64,000 bases of DNA from an uncultured Pelagibacteraceae bacterium (lineage in GTDB: Bacteria; Pseudomonadota; Alphaproteobacteria; Pelagibacterales; Pelagibacteraceae), in assembly GCA_902600855.1 (NCBI GenBank), contig CACKKY010000001.1, positions 6,851-70,850 on the forward strand, given 5' to 3'. Positions 48,543 to 57,210 of the stretch are shown here, piece by piece. Both the position numbers and the translations under genes were made by a program. Position 1 is the first letter of the stretch; each line of letters opens with the position of its first letter. The notes beneath the pieces are model-generated. The model saw only the letters and a program-made list of their open reading frames with translations, searched no databases and had not been told where the DNA came from.

Positions 48543-50666
48543 ATGTCTAGTTCCACAGAATTACTTACAAAACCTAATAATCCAAAAAAGGTAGTTTCGT
48601 ATGCGTTAATTTTGTTAACTTTTTTAGTAGCTTTATGGTTATCAACTCAGAGTGAAGGACCATCAAAATTCCCTAAAGTTGTAACAGATGAGTTTAAATT
48701 TACAGCTTGGGTAAATGATGGTGAAAGTTATCTTAAAAAAAATTATAGATGGATAACAAAAATTATAGCAAACTATATTAAAGAAGGTTATTTTTTTCTT
48801 GAAGATTTCTTTTTAGACTCACCTTGGATTTTAATCGCAGCAATAATGATATTACCGTGTTTGATAGCTGGTGGTTTGAGGCTAGGTTTGTATGCATGTT
48901 TCGTAATTTACTTTTGGGGCGCGGTAGGTATGTGGGATGAGTCACTACAAACTGTTGCTTTGATGGGTTTATCAGTATTATTATGTGTATTTTTTGGAGT
49001 GACCTTGGGAGTTCTTTGTTCTCAAAGTGATAGGTTTGAAAACTTCATGAAACCTATTTTAGACACTATGCAGGTTATGCCAGCATTTGTTTATTTATTT
49101 CCAGCATTATTTTTTTTTGGAATAGGTGGTGCTCCAGCAATATTAGCAACCATGATTTATGCTATGCCTCCTATTATAAGATTAACTAACACAGGTATAA
49201 GACAGGTTTCTAAAGAGTCAATTGAATCTGCAACATCATTTGGATCAAGTAAATTACAACTTTTATTTAAAATAAAAATTCCTTTATCACTACCAAGCAT
49301 AATGATGGGAGTTAACCAGGTAATAATGATGGCACTTGCTTTAGTTGTGTTAGCTTGTTTTATTGGTGCTGAAGGTATTGGAGGTCAAGTCTGGTTAGCA
49401 ATTAGAAACTTAGATGTTGGATGGGCCATGGAGGGGGGATTATGTATTCTTTTTATGGCTATTATGTTTGATAGATTTAGTTTGGCTTTTAGTAAAGAAC
49501 CTGAAACACTTCCTTTAGATGTTCAAAAATTTTATTTACTGCCTCAAAGTTGGGAAAAATATCAAGTGGCACGAATTATTGAAAAACCACTTAGTTTATT
49601 AAGTTATTTTACTGATCTAATTTGTACAAAAATTACAAATTTAATAGCTTATATTTTTGCTCTAGTTGTTTCTTTAATTAATAAATCAAGTGCTTTAGAT
49701 GTTGGAGATTTTATAAGTAAAAAATACTATTTAATACCATCTTTAATAATTTTATTTTTGATATCTTTTATTGATAGTACATTTTTTGAATTTGGTACAT
49801 TTCCAAAAGAGTGGAAGCTATCTTTAAGGCAGCCTATTGCAAACGGTGTTGAGTCATTAACTGTCAATGAAAGCTTTATTGCATTCACAAAAGGATTGAG
49901 AGGATTTGTATATTTAAAATTACTTAAACCACTTGATACGTTTTTAACCCATATACCTTGGTGGTATACAATGGGAATTTTTGTTGTTATTGGCTACTTT
50001 ACTGTAGGTTTAAGGTTCGCGTTTATTACATTTCTTTTGCTTCTTTTTATTGGAGCTTGTGGAATTTGGACTCAATCCATGGTTACCCTATCTTCAGTTT
50101 TAGTTTCTGTAGCATTATGTTTTGCGCTTGGAGTTCCATTGGGAATTATTGCATCCTATAACGAAAGATTTAGAAATATTCAAAACGTAGTATTAGATGC
50201 TATGCAAACATTACCTTACTTTTGCTATTTAATACCTGTATTAATGTTTTTTGGTGGCGGAATAGTTTCGGCGGTGCTTGCAACTGTCGTTTATTCTATT
50301 CCACCAATTATAAGACTAACATCCTTGGGTTTAACTCAAGTATCTGGATCGTATTCTGAAGTTTCAAGGTCTTTTGGAGGTACGTTAATGCAAACTCTTA
50401 AAAAAGTTAAATTCCCACTAGCAGTTCCAAGTTTAGTAATTGGATTTAATCAAACAGTTATTATGGCATTTGCTATGCAAATAGTTACTCCATTAATTGG
50501 AGGTAAAGGTTTAGGTCTTGAAGTATTTAATGGCTTAGCAAGGTCTGATACTGGAAGAGGGCTTGCAGCAGGCATCGGAATTGTTCTCTTAGCAATTATC
50601 ATAGATAGAATTAGTCTCGCTTGGACTAGAAAACAAAGATTAGCATTAGGTTTATCTAAAAATTAA
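48543..50666 (+). CDS. Betaine-type ABC permease with two fused ProW-like domains
   Basis: Two repeats: LDTMQVMPAFVYL..PPIIRLT..GVNQ and LDAMQTLPYFCYL..PPIIRLT..GFNQ; 707 aa. Confidence 0.92.
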   Translation: MSSSTELLTKPNNPKKVVSYALILLTFLVALWLSTQSEGPSKFPKVVTDEFKFTAWVNDGESYLKKNYRWITKIIANYIKEGYFFLEDFFLDSPWILIAAIMILPCLIAGGLRLGLYACFVIYFWGAVGMWDESLQTVALMGLSVLLCVFFGVTLGVLCSQSDRFENFMKPILDTMQVMPAFVYLFPALFFFGIGGAPAILATMIYAMPPIIRLTNTGIRQVSKESIESATSFGSSKLQLLFKIKIPLSLPSIMMGVNQVIMMALALVVLACFIGAEGIGGQVWLAIRNLDVGWAMEGGLCILFMAIMFDRFSLAFSKEPETLPLDVQKFYLLPQSWEKYQVARIIEKPLSLLSYFTDLICTKITNLIAYIFALVVSLINKSSALDVGDFISKKYYLIPSLIILFLISFIDSTFFEFGTFPKEWKLSLRQPIANGVESLTVNESFIAFTKGLRGFVYLKLLKPLDTFLTHIPWWYTMGIFVVIGYFTVGLRFAFITFLLLLFIGACGIWTQSMVTLSSVLVSVALCFALGVPLGIIASYNERFRNIQNVVLDAMQTLPYFCYLIPVLMFFGGGIVSAVLATVVYSIPPIIRLTSLGLTQVSGSYSEVSRSFGGTLMQTLKKVKFPLAVPSLVIGFNQTVIMAFAMQIVTPLIGGKGLGLEVFNGLARSDTGRGLAAGIGIVLLAIIIDRISLAWTRKQRLALGLSKN

Positions 50667-50667
50667 A

Positions 50668-52998
50668 ATGGCCGGTTCTAAAGGTCTACCATTAACAAGT
50701 TCACATTGGGGAACATATAGAGCTAAAGTAGAAAATGGTAAAGTATCTGAACTTGTAGGATGGGAACATGATAATGACCCTTCACCTATCGGACCTGGAA
50801 TTTTAGATGTTCAACATGGACCAACCCGCATTGATGCACCAATGGTTCGTAAAAGTTGGTTAGAGAATGGACCAGGTAGTAAAAATGAATTAAGAGGAAT
50901 AGATCCTTTTATTGAAGTAAGTTGGGATAAAGCTAACAAGTTAGTGGCTGAAGAGTTTAAAAGAGTGATAAATAATTTTGGAAACTCTTCTATTTTTGGA
51001 GGATCATATGGCTGGGCTAGTGCTGGAAGGTTTCATCATGCTCAAAGCCAGCTTCATCGATTTCTTAATTGTATAGGTGGATATACAAGATCAAAATTTA
51101 CGTATAGTTTTGCTGCTGCAGAGGCAATGGTTCCACATATACTTGGGAGTTACAGAGCCTATCTTGATACTTGTACTAGTTGGGATTTAATTAAAAAACA
51201 TACAAAATTATTTGTTTGTTTTGGAGGAGTGCCTATTAAAAATAGTCAAATTTGCCAAGGTGGAACGGGTAGCCATTATCAACGTGAAAGTTTAATTAAT
51301 GCAGGTAATAATGGTATTGAATTTATCAACATAAGTCCTCTAAAATCTGATTTAATTGATGAAGTTAAAGGTGAGTGGTTAGCTGCCAGACCTAATACTG
51401 ATACAGCACTAATGTTAGGTATTGCTCATACACTTCATATTGAGGGGTTAAGTGATAAAAAGTTTTTAGAAAATTACACCGAGGGTTTTGATATTTTTCT
51501 ACCTTATCTTTTAGGTACTAATGACGGTATAGAAAAAAATGCAGAATGGGCTTCTAAAATTTGTGACATTTCAGTGGATAAAATTAAAGATCTTGCAAGA
51601 CGTATGGTATCAGATCGTACAATGATTTCGGTAAGTTGGTCATTAACTCGTCAGGATCATGGTGAGCAACCTTTTTGGATGGCTATAATGTTAGCTTCCA
51701 TGATTGGACAAATAGGGTTACCTGGAGGTGGATTTGGATTTGGTTACAGTGCTACAAACCATATTGGAGGAAAATTTAAGATTTTACCAGGTGCTGCATT
51801 TCCACAAGCAAAAAATGAGATAGAAAATTTTATTCCTGTTGCAAGGATAAGTGATTTATTACTTAAAGCTGGAGAGCGTTTTGATTTTGATGGAAGTTCA
51901 TACGTGTATCCTGATACTAAAATAGTATACTGGGCTGGTGGAAATCCGTTTCATCATCATCAAGATCTAAATCGTTTGATTAAAGCATGGGAAAAACCAG
52001 ACACAATTATATCTAACGATTGGTGTTGGAATACTCTTGCTAAGAGATCAGATATCGTTTTGCCTTGCACAACTCCACTTGAAAGAAATGATATAATGAT
52101 GACACCTCGAGATCCATATGTAGTATCTATGTCAAAATTAGTTGATCCCTATGGTCAAGCTAAAAATGACTTTGAAATTTTTAAAGGTATAGCTAAAAAA
52201 ATGGGAGTAGAGGAAAAATTTACTGAAGGTCGAAGTGAAGAAGAATGGCAAAAATGGATTTATAATCAAACATACGAACGAGCAACAGCTGATAATATTG
52301 ATGTGCCTAGTTATGAGAAATTCAGAGAAGAAAGATGGTTTAAGATAAAAGATCCGACCGAATCAACTTTAATGCTTAAAGATTTTAGAAAAGATCCAAT
52401 CAAAAATCCTCTAAGTACTCCAAGTGGTAAAATAGAGATATATTCTAAGACAGTTGCAGACTTTGGTTATGATGACTGTCCGGGGCATCCTGTGTGGATA
52501 GAGCCGTGTGAATGGTTAGGAATGAAAAATAAAACTTATCCACTTCATTTAATTTCAAATCAACCTAAAAATAAATTACACAGTCAGATGGATCATGGGA
52601 AATATAGTAAATCTTTCAAAATTAAAGATAGAGAACCTCTAGAGATTAGCCCAAATGATGCAAAAGAACGTAACTTAAAAAATGGTGATATAGTGAAATT
52701 ATTTAATGATCGAGGAGCTTGTCTAGCAGGTGTAATTATTAATGACAAAGTAAGACCTGGGGTAGTTCAAATTAGTACCGGGGCGTGGTATGATCCAGAA
52801 GATCCTAAAAAACCTAATAGTCTTTGCAAGCATGGTAATCCTAATGTTTTAACTCCCGATAAAGGAACCTCAAAACTTGGACAAGGTCCCATTGCGCATT
52901 CTTGTCTTATTGAGATAGAGAAATACACGAGTATTTTGCCAAAAGTTACAGCTCATGAACCACCAAAAATAATTAGGGGAAATAAAAAAATAAGTTAA
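50668..52998 (+). CDS. Mo-bisPGD oxidoreductase, BisC/DorA/TorA (DMSO reductase type III) family, cytoplasmic
   Basis: SSHWG start, FGGSYGWASAG, TYS (Ser ligand), RQDHGEQ, GGNPFHHHQD, TPSGKIEI, LHSQ; no Tat RR leader and no FeS motif. Confidence 0.9.
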   Translation: MAGSKGLPLTSSHWGTYRAKVENGKVSELVGWEHDNDPSPIGPGILDVQHGPTRIDAPMVRKSWLENGPGSKNELRGIDPFIEVSWDKANKLVAEEFKRVINNFGNSSIFGGSYGWASAGRFHHAQSQLHRFLNCIGGYTRSKFTYSFAAAEAMVPHILGSYRAYLDTCTSWDLIKKHTKLFVCFGGVPIKNSQICQGGTGSHYQRESLINAGNNGIEFINISPLKSDLIDEVKGEWLAARPNTDTALMLGIAHTLHIEGLSDKKFLENYTEGFDIFLPYLLGTNDGIEKNAEWASKICDISVDKIKDLARRMVSDRTMISVSWSLTRQDHGEQPFWMAIMLASMIGQIGLPGGGFGFGYSATNHIGGKFKILPGAAFPQAKNEIENFIPVARISDLLLKAGERFDFDGSSYVYPDTKIVYWAGGNPFHHHQDLNRLIKAWEKPDTIISNDWCWNTLAKRSDIVLPCTTPLERNDIMMTPRDPYVVSMSKLVDPYGQAKNDFEIFKGIAKKMGVEEKFTEGRSEEEWQKWIYNQTYERATADNIDVPSYEKFREERWFKIKDPTESTLMLKDFRKDPIKNPLSTPSGKIEIYSKTVADFGYDDCPGHPVWIEPCEWLGMKNKTYPLHLISNQPKNKLHSQMDHGKYSKSFKIKDREPLEISPNDAKERNLKNGDIVKLFNDRGACLAGVIINDKVRPGVVQISTGAWYDPEDPKKPNSLCKHGNPNVLTPDKGTSKLGQGPIAHSCLIEIEKYTSILPKVTAHEPPKIIRGNKKIS

Positions 52999-53006
52999 AA
53001 AAATAA

Positions 53007-54185
53007 ATGGGAAATCTTCAAGAAATATCTGATCTAAAAAAAACAATAAAAATAAGTGCGCGTAGATTTGAAGAGTCTCCTTATATTGACAGAACTAATT
53101 GTGCAGAAATGGTTCGAGGTGTATATGCGGGAAGATATTTTGCAATGTCTCTAGGAGAGGATCCTATCCAAAAATATTGGTTGTTAAGACAAAAAGCTGC
53201 AATTTTTGATGTACCTGAAAAACCAGTTGAAATATCCGGACCAGACTCAATTCCATTTTTAGATAAGGTAATGACTAGAAAAGTTACTTCAATTAAAGAA
53301 GGTAGAGGATATTACTCATTAGCATGCACTCATCAAGGTGGAATCTTTATGGATGGAGTAATTTTTAAATTTAATGATAACAAATTTTGGTATGTGCAAG
53401 CTGATGGTCCTTTTGAAGATTGGTTATTAGCTCATAGTGGAGGATTTGATGTAAAAATTTCAGATCCAAAATCAAGAGTACTTCAAATACAAGGTCCAGC
53501 ATCAATTGATATAATGAAAGCAGCATCTAATGGAAAGATCGATGAAAACATGCCTTATTATAGATCTGGATTTTTTGATCTTGGTGGACAAAAACTTTAT
53601 GTTTCTAGATCTGGTTTTACTAATGAGCTTGGTTTTGAAATTTACTCAGATGGATCTACAACAAATCATTTAGCTCTATGGGATCATCTTATGGAGTGTG
53701 GAAAACCATTTGGAATGGAACTTTCTGCAACAAGAGCAATGACGATAAGAAGAATTGAAGCTGGAATTTTTGGAAACTTAACAGATATTGACACTTCAAT
53801 TAATCCTTTTGAGGCTGGTTTAGGTTTTTGTGTTAACATGGATAAAGGAGATTTTATAGGTCGAGAAGCTTTATTAAAAAAAGACACTAGAACTTGTTTA
53901 CTTGGTATCACATGTAAAACTGAAACTCCAGTATCTTCAAGTAAAGTAATTTATGAAGATAAAATTGTTGGTCATATTACAGCTGGTGTTCATTCTCCTA
54001 CCCTAAATACTGGTATAGGATATGTGAGGTTTTACAAACCAAACGATTGGTCAGGTAAAGAATTAACTCTTCAATTACCTGATGGCAGTTTACACAAAGG
54101 TGAAATTGTTAATCTACCCTTTTTTGATAAAGAAAAAAAAATAGTAAAAGGAATTGATAGAACAATACCTTCTAGGACAAAATAA
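53007..54185 (+). CDS. GcvT-family aminomethyltransferase/demethylase, DmdA-like
   Basis: SARRFEESPY, FDV...VEISGPD, LQIQGP, SRSGFTNELGFEIY, RRIEAG, NPFEAGLG; single domain. Confidence 0.88.
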   Translation: MGNLQEISDLKKTIKISARRFEESPYIDRTNCAEMVRGVYAGRYFAMSLGEDPIQKYWLLRQKAAIFDVPEKPVEISGPDSIPFLDKVMTRKVTSIKEGRGYYSLACTHQGGIFMDGVIFKFNDNKFWYVQADGPFEDWLLAHSGGFDVKISDPKSRVLQIQGPASIDIMKAASNGKIDENMPYYRSGFFDLGGQKLYVSRSGFTNELGFEIYSDGSTTNHLALWDHLMECGKPFGMELSATRAMTIRRIEAGIFGNLTDIDTSINPFEAGLGFCVNMDKGDFIGREALLKKDTRTCLLGITCKTETPVSSSKVIYEDKIVGHITAGVHSPTLNTGIGYVRFYKPNDWSGKELTLQLPDGSLHKGEIVNLPFFDKEKKIVKGIDRTIPSRTK

Positions 54186-54292
54186 TTAGCAAAATTAAGC
54201 CAAATATGGCTAATTTCTCTATTTCATATGTGCTGAAACAAAAAATCACACCTCAAAATAAGTAAAAACTTAAAATTTTGATATTTATAAAG

Positions 54293-54348
54293 TTTACATA
54301 CGTCTATTTTTTGAATTAAAATGCTTTTTTTAATTAATTAAATAGGAG
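54293..54348 (+). promoter_or_regulatory. Putative own promoter and SD of the substrate-binding protein gene
   Basis: TTTACA (54293)-18 nt-TAAAAT (54317); AGGAG at 54344-54348. Confidence 0.45.
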
Positions 54349-54353
54349 ATTAA

Positions 54354-55367
54354 ATGAAGTTAACTAAAAGAATATCAGCGCTGATATTATCTTTTGTCCT
54401 AATATTAGGTGGTCTAACTCAAGCTAATGCTGCTAAAAGATTAACAGCTGCAGTTGCTGATTGGACTGGAGGAGAGATATCTTGTCAAGTTGCTGTAACT
54501 ATGCTTGAAGAAGAGCTAGGATACAAAATCAAAAGAGTTGTATTTCCTTCAGGAACTGGCTTATGGGAAGCTATTGCTGCTGGAGAAATTGACTTTGCTT
54601 GTGAAAGTTGGCCAAGTTATGCAGAAGCAGACTCAGTAATGATGAATGAAGATCTGATTTACGAAGGAGAAGTAGTTGGCACTTATAATGGTGACGGTAG
54701 TATCGATTTATTAGGTACTGTAGGTGTTATCGGTATGTCAGATTACTATATCCCTAGATATGCTGCTGAAAGCTTGGGTATTAAATCATGGAAGGATTTA
54801 AACAAACACAAAGATAAGTTTGCAACAATAGAAACTGGTAGTAAAGGAAGATTAATTGCATGTCCAGTAGCTGGTTGGAACTGTCATGACCAAAAAAGAC
54901 TTGATCTTTTAGGAATTGATTTCCAAGCGGACGAACTAGGTACTGAAGCAGCAGCAGTAGCTGAAGCAGTAGCAGCTTACAAAAGAAAAGAGCCATTCTT
55001 ACTTTACTTATGGGAGCCACATTGGTTCTTTGGTGCTTATGATATGGTTGGTGTAGGTTTACCAGAACACAAAGTTTGTGATCCTGATACTTTTACTGAA
55101 GCTGGAAACTGGAAAGATTGTGGAACTAAAGGCTGGCCAGCAACTGGTTGGGCTAAAGACTACACAATGAACTACGGTAACCCTGCTACTTTTGCAAAAC
55201 CAGAACATGCAAAAGCTAAGGAATTTTTTGAATTAATGTCATTTCAAAATGCAGACCAAGCAGTAATGTTAGTTGAAGTTAAACAAAAAAATAGAGACTT
55301 AAAAGAAGTAGTTAAAGAATGGAAAGATGCTAATCCTGATAAGTGGAAAAGCTGGATTCCTAAATAA
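54354..55367 (+). CDS. Betaine/TMAO-type ABC substrate-binding protein (ProX/TmoX-like)
   Basis: Signal peptide ending ANA-A, DWTG, ESW, ACPVAGWNC, LYLWEPHW; Trp-rich pocket. Confidence 0.88.
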   Translation: MKLTKRISALILSFVLILGGLTQANAAKRLTAAVADWTGGEISCQVAVTMLEEELGYKIKRVVFPSGTGLWEAIAAGEIDFACESWPSYAEADSVMMNEDLIYEGEVVGTYNGDGSIDLLGTVGVIGMSDYYIPRYAAESLGIKSWKDLNKHKDKFATIETGSKGRLIACPVAGWNCHDQKRLDLLGIDFQADELGTEAAAVAEAVAAYKRKEPFLLYLWEPHWFFGAYDMVGVGLPEHKVCDPDTFTEAGNWKDCGTKGWPATGWAKDYTMNYGNPATFAKPEHAKAKEFFELMSFQNADQAVMLVEVKQKNRDLKEVVKEWKDANPDKWKSWIPK

Positions 55368-55386
55368 TCTTTAAGTTAAAATTATT

Positions 55387-55420
55387 AAAAAGGGCTTTGA
55401 TTTTCAGAGCCCTTTTTTTT
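55387..55420. terminator. Bidirectional intrinsic terminator between the SBP gene and rpoZ
   Basis: AAAAA-GGGCTTTGA-TTT-TCAGAGCCC-TTTTTTTT between convergent genes. Confidence 0.85.
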
Positions 55421-55428
55421 GGGGATTA

Positions 55429-55947
55429 TTACTCTTGATTTTCTGTATCTTGAATATTTGATTGAACTTCTTCTTCTTGCATTTCATCTAAAGATGCATC
55501 ACCATCTTCAGCTGTAGCTTCTAGAGCTTCAGTTGATGAAGTTTCTGTAGCATTTTCTATTTCTGCTAAATCTTCTTTAGATACCTGAATTTTTTCTGGA
55601 GTTTTTCTTGCTCTTTTAGATGGAAGAATTGGATTCCCACTTTTTGAAATTTCACCTTTATATAAATTTTCAAAATCATCACCTATTTCTTCATCATCGT
55701 CTATTCCTTCATCAACCTGCTCAACATGTTTTCTAAGTTTATAAACAGCACTCTCTGTTAGATCTGAGACTTTAATCTTTTCCTCTGCAATTTCTCTTAA
55801 AGAAATAACAGTATTTTTGTCATTGTCTCTATCTATTGTAGGTTCAATTCCTGCATTAAGCTGTGTCGCTCTCTCTTTTGCTACTAATACTAACTCGTAA
55901 GGACTTTCTACTTTATCTATGCAGTCTTCAACTGTAACTCTTGCCAT
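55429..55947 (-). CDS. rpoZ: RNA polymerase omega subunit with acidic C-terminal tail
   Basis: [29 protein letters not shown]. Confidence 0.95.
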   Translation of the reverse strand: MARVTVEDCIDKVESPYELVLVAKERATQLNAGIEPTIDRDNDKNTVISLREIAEEKIKVSDLTESAVYKLRKHVEQVDEGIDDDEEIGDDFENLYKGEISKSGNPILPSKRARKTPEKIQVSKEDLAEIENATETSSTEALEATAEDGDASLDEMQEEEVQSNIQDTENQE

Positions 55948-55953
55948 GCGCAG

Positions 55954-55982
55954 TATCTATACAGGGATAATTTAAAAATCAA
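55954..55982 (-). promoter_or_regulatory. Putative leaderless rpoZ promoter
   Basis: Minus strand TTGATT-17 nt-TAGATA-6 nt-ATG. Confidence 0.45.
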
Positions 55983-55990
55983 GGGGAATT

Positions 55991-57199
55991 TTATAAAAAA
56001 TTTGGATTTAGCTTATTTTTTATTAAAAATAATAAGATAATACCTGTCATAATATAAATTCCTGAAAACAACGCAATTTCTTCAATCGAGAAACCTTTAT
56101 CTATAAGTATTCCAAACAAAGCTGTTCCAAAAGCAGTTGAAAAAACCATTAAAGCTGTTGTTAAAGCTTTAATCGATCCAATATATTTTACTCCATAGAT
56201 CTCAGCCCATAATGAGGAACCCAATACGTTTGCAAAACCATTTGAAATTCCTATTAAACCTAAAAATACAAAAGCAGAAATTATTTCATTAAAACTATAG
56301 AGCACAAATACTGAAAATATCAGTGGTATATTCATATAAATAAGTAATTTTCTACTTGTAAATTTATCTATTAAAAATCCAGATATAGATAAAGTGATAA
56401 CAGATAATATTGAGTATACCATAAACGATTGAGCAATAGTGTATGGTCCCCAATCTTTTGAGTCTGTAATAAATGACTGATAAACAAATGTACCAGTTGC
56501 TATTGATGGCATTGCTAACATATTCATTGTCACAATATAAAATCTATAGTCTTTTATTACTTCTATTCTTTTCCATTGTTTGATTTTTTCTATAATCTTA
56601 TCATTTAATGAATTTTCTTCCCTAGTATCTAATTTTACATCTTTTACAGTAAAAAAAATTACTAATGGGAGTATTAGCAATATTAATATAGATATTGAGA
56701 TCCAAAGATCTCTCCATTCAATAAATGTTAATAAAAAAACAATAGTGAGGGGCATTACAAATTCTGCAGATGAAAGCCCTAGCCAAGATGTGCTTAAAGC
56801 CTTACCTCTACTTTTTTCAAAGTATCTAGAAATAGTGGTAGATGCAGCATGTGACATTAGGCCTTGGCCAGATAATCTCATTAAAAAAATAGCAGTAAAT
56901 AAAAATACTATTGATGAAATTTTAGAAAATAAAAAACTCGATATTGAAAGTAAAACGACTACATAAAAAGCAAATTTAGATATATTCATATCATCAATTT
57001 TTTTTCCAATCCAAATTAAAATAAAACTGCTTAATAATGTTGCTGATGCATAAATTGATCCAAATTGACCGTGGCTAATTGATAAGGTCTCTCTTATACT
57101 AGAATTAAATAATCCTAAAAAAAAACTCTGTCCAAAACTAGAAAAAAATGTAAATATAAAACCAAATATAATTACTTTAAAACTTAAACTTTTAAACAT
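55991..57199 (-). CDS. MFS transporter
   Basis: 12 TM segments, SSFGQSFF, GKKID, RGKALS, GFLIDKF. Confidence 0.88.
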   Translation of the reverse strand: MFKSLSFKVIIFGFIFTFFSSFGQSFFLGLFNSSIRETLSISHGQFGSIYASATLLSSFILIWIGKKIDDMNISKFAFYVVVLLSISSFLFSKISSIVFLFTAIFLMRLSGQGLMSHAASTTISRYFEKSRGKALSTSWLGLSSAEFVMPLTIVFLLTFIEWRDLWISISILILLILPLVIFFTVKDVKLDTREENSLNDKIIEKIKQWKRIEVIKDYRFYIVTMNMLAMPSIATGTFVYQSFITDSKDWGPYTIAQSFMVYSILSVITLSISGFLIDKFTSRKLLIYMNIPLIFSVFVLYSFNEIISAFVFLGLIGISNGFANVLGSSLWAEIYGVKYIGSIKALTTALMVFSTAFGTALFGILIDKGFSIEEIALFSGIYIMTGIILLFLIKNKLNPNFL

Positions 57200-57210
57200 A
57201 GAAAAAAATT

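Noticed and set aside
50668-52998. Anaerobic DMSO/TMAO respiration
   Set aside because: No Tat signal, membrane anchor, cytochrome c or FeS subunit in the locus
9115-54185. DUF1989 plus GcvT as a split TMAO demethylase (Tdm)
   Set aside because: The genes are 43 kb apart in unrelated contexts; nothing in the sequence links them
54186-54353. Riboswitch (SAM-V or glycine) in the long spacer before the SBP gene
   Set aside because: Only a short imperfect inverted repeat (AATTAAGCCA-AATA-TGGCTAATT) is visible; I could not match riboswitch consensus elements by eye, and an Infernal scan would be decisive
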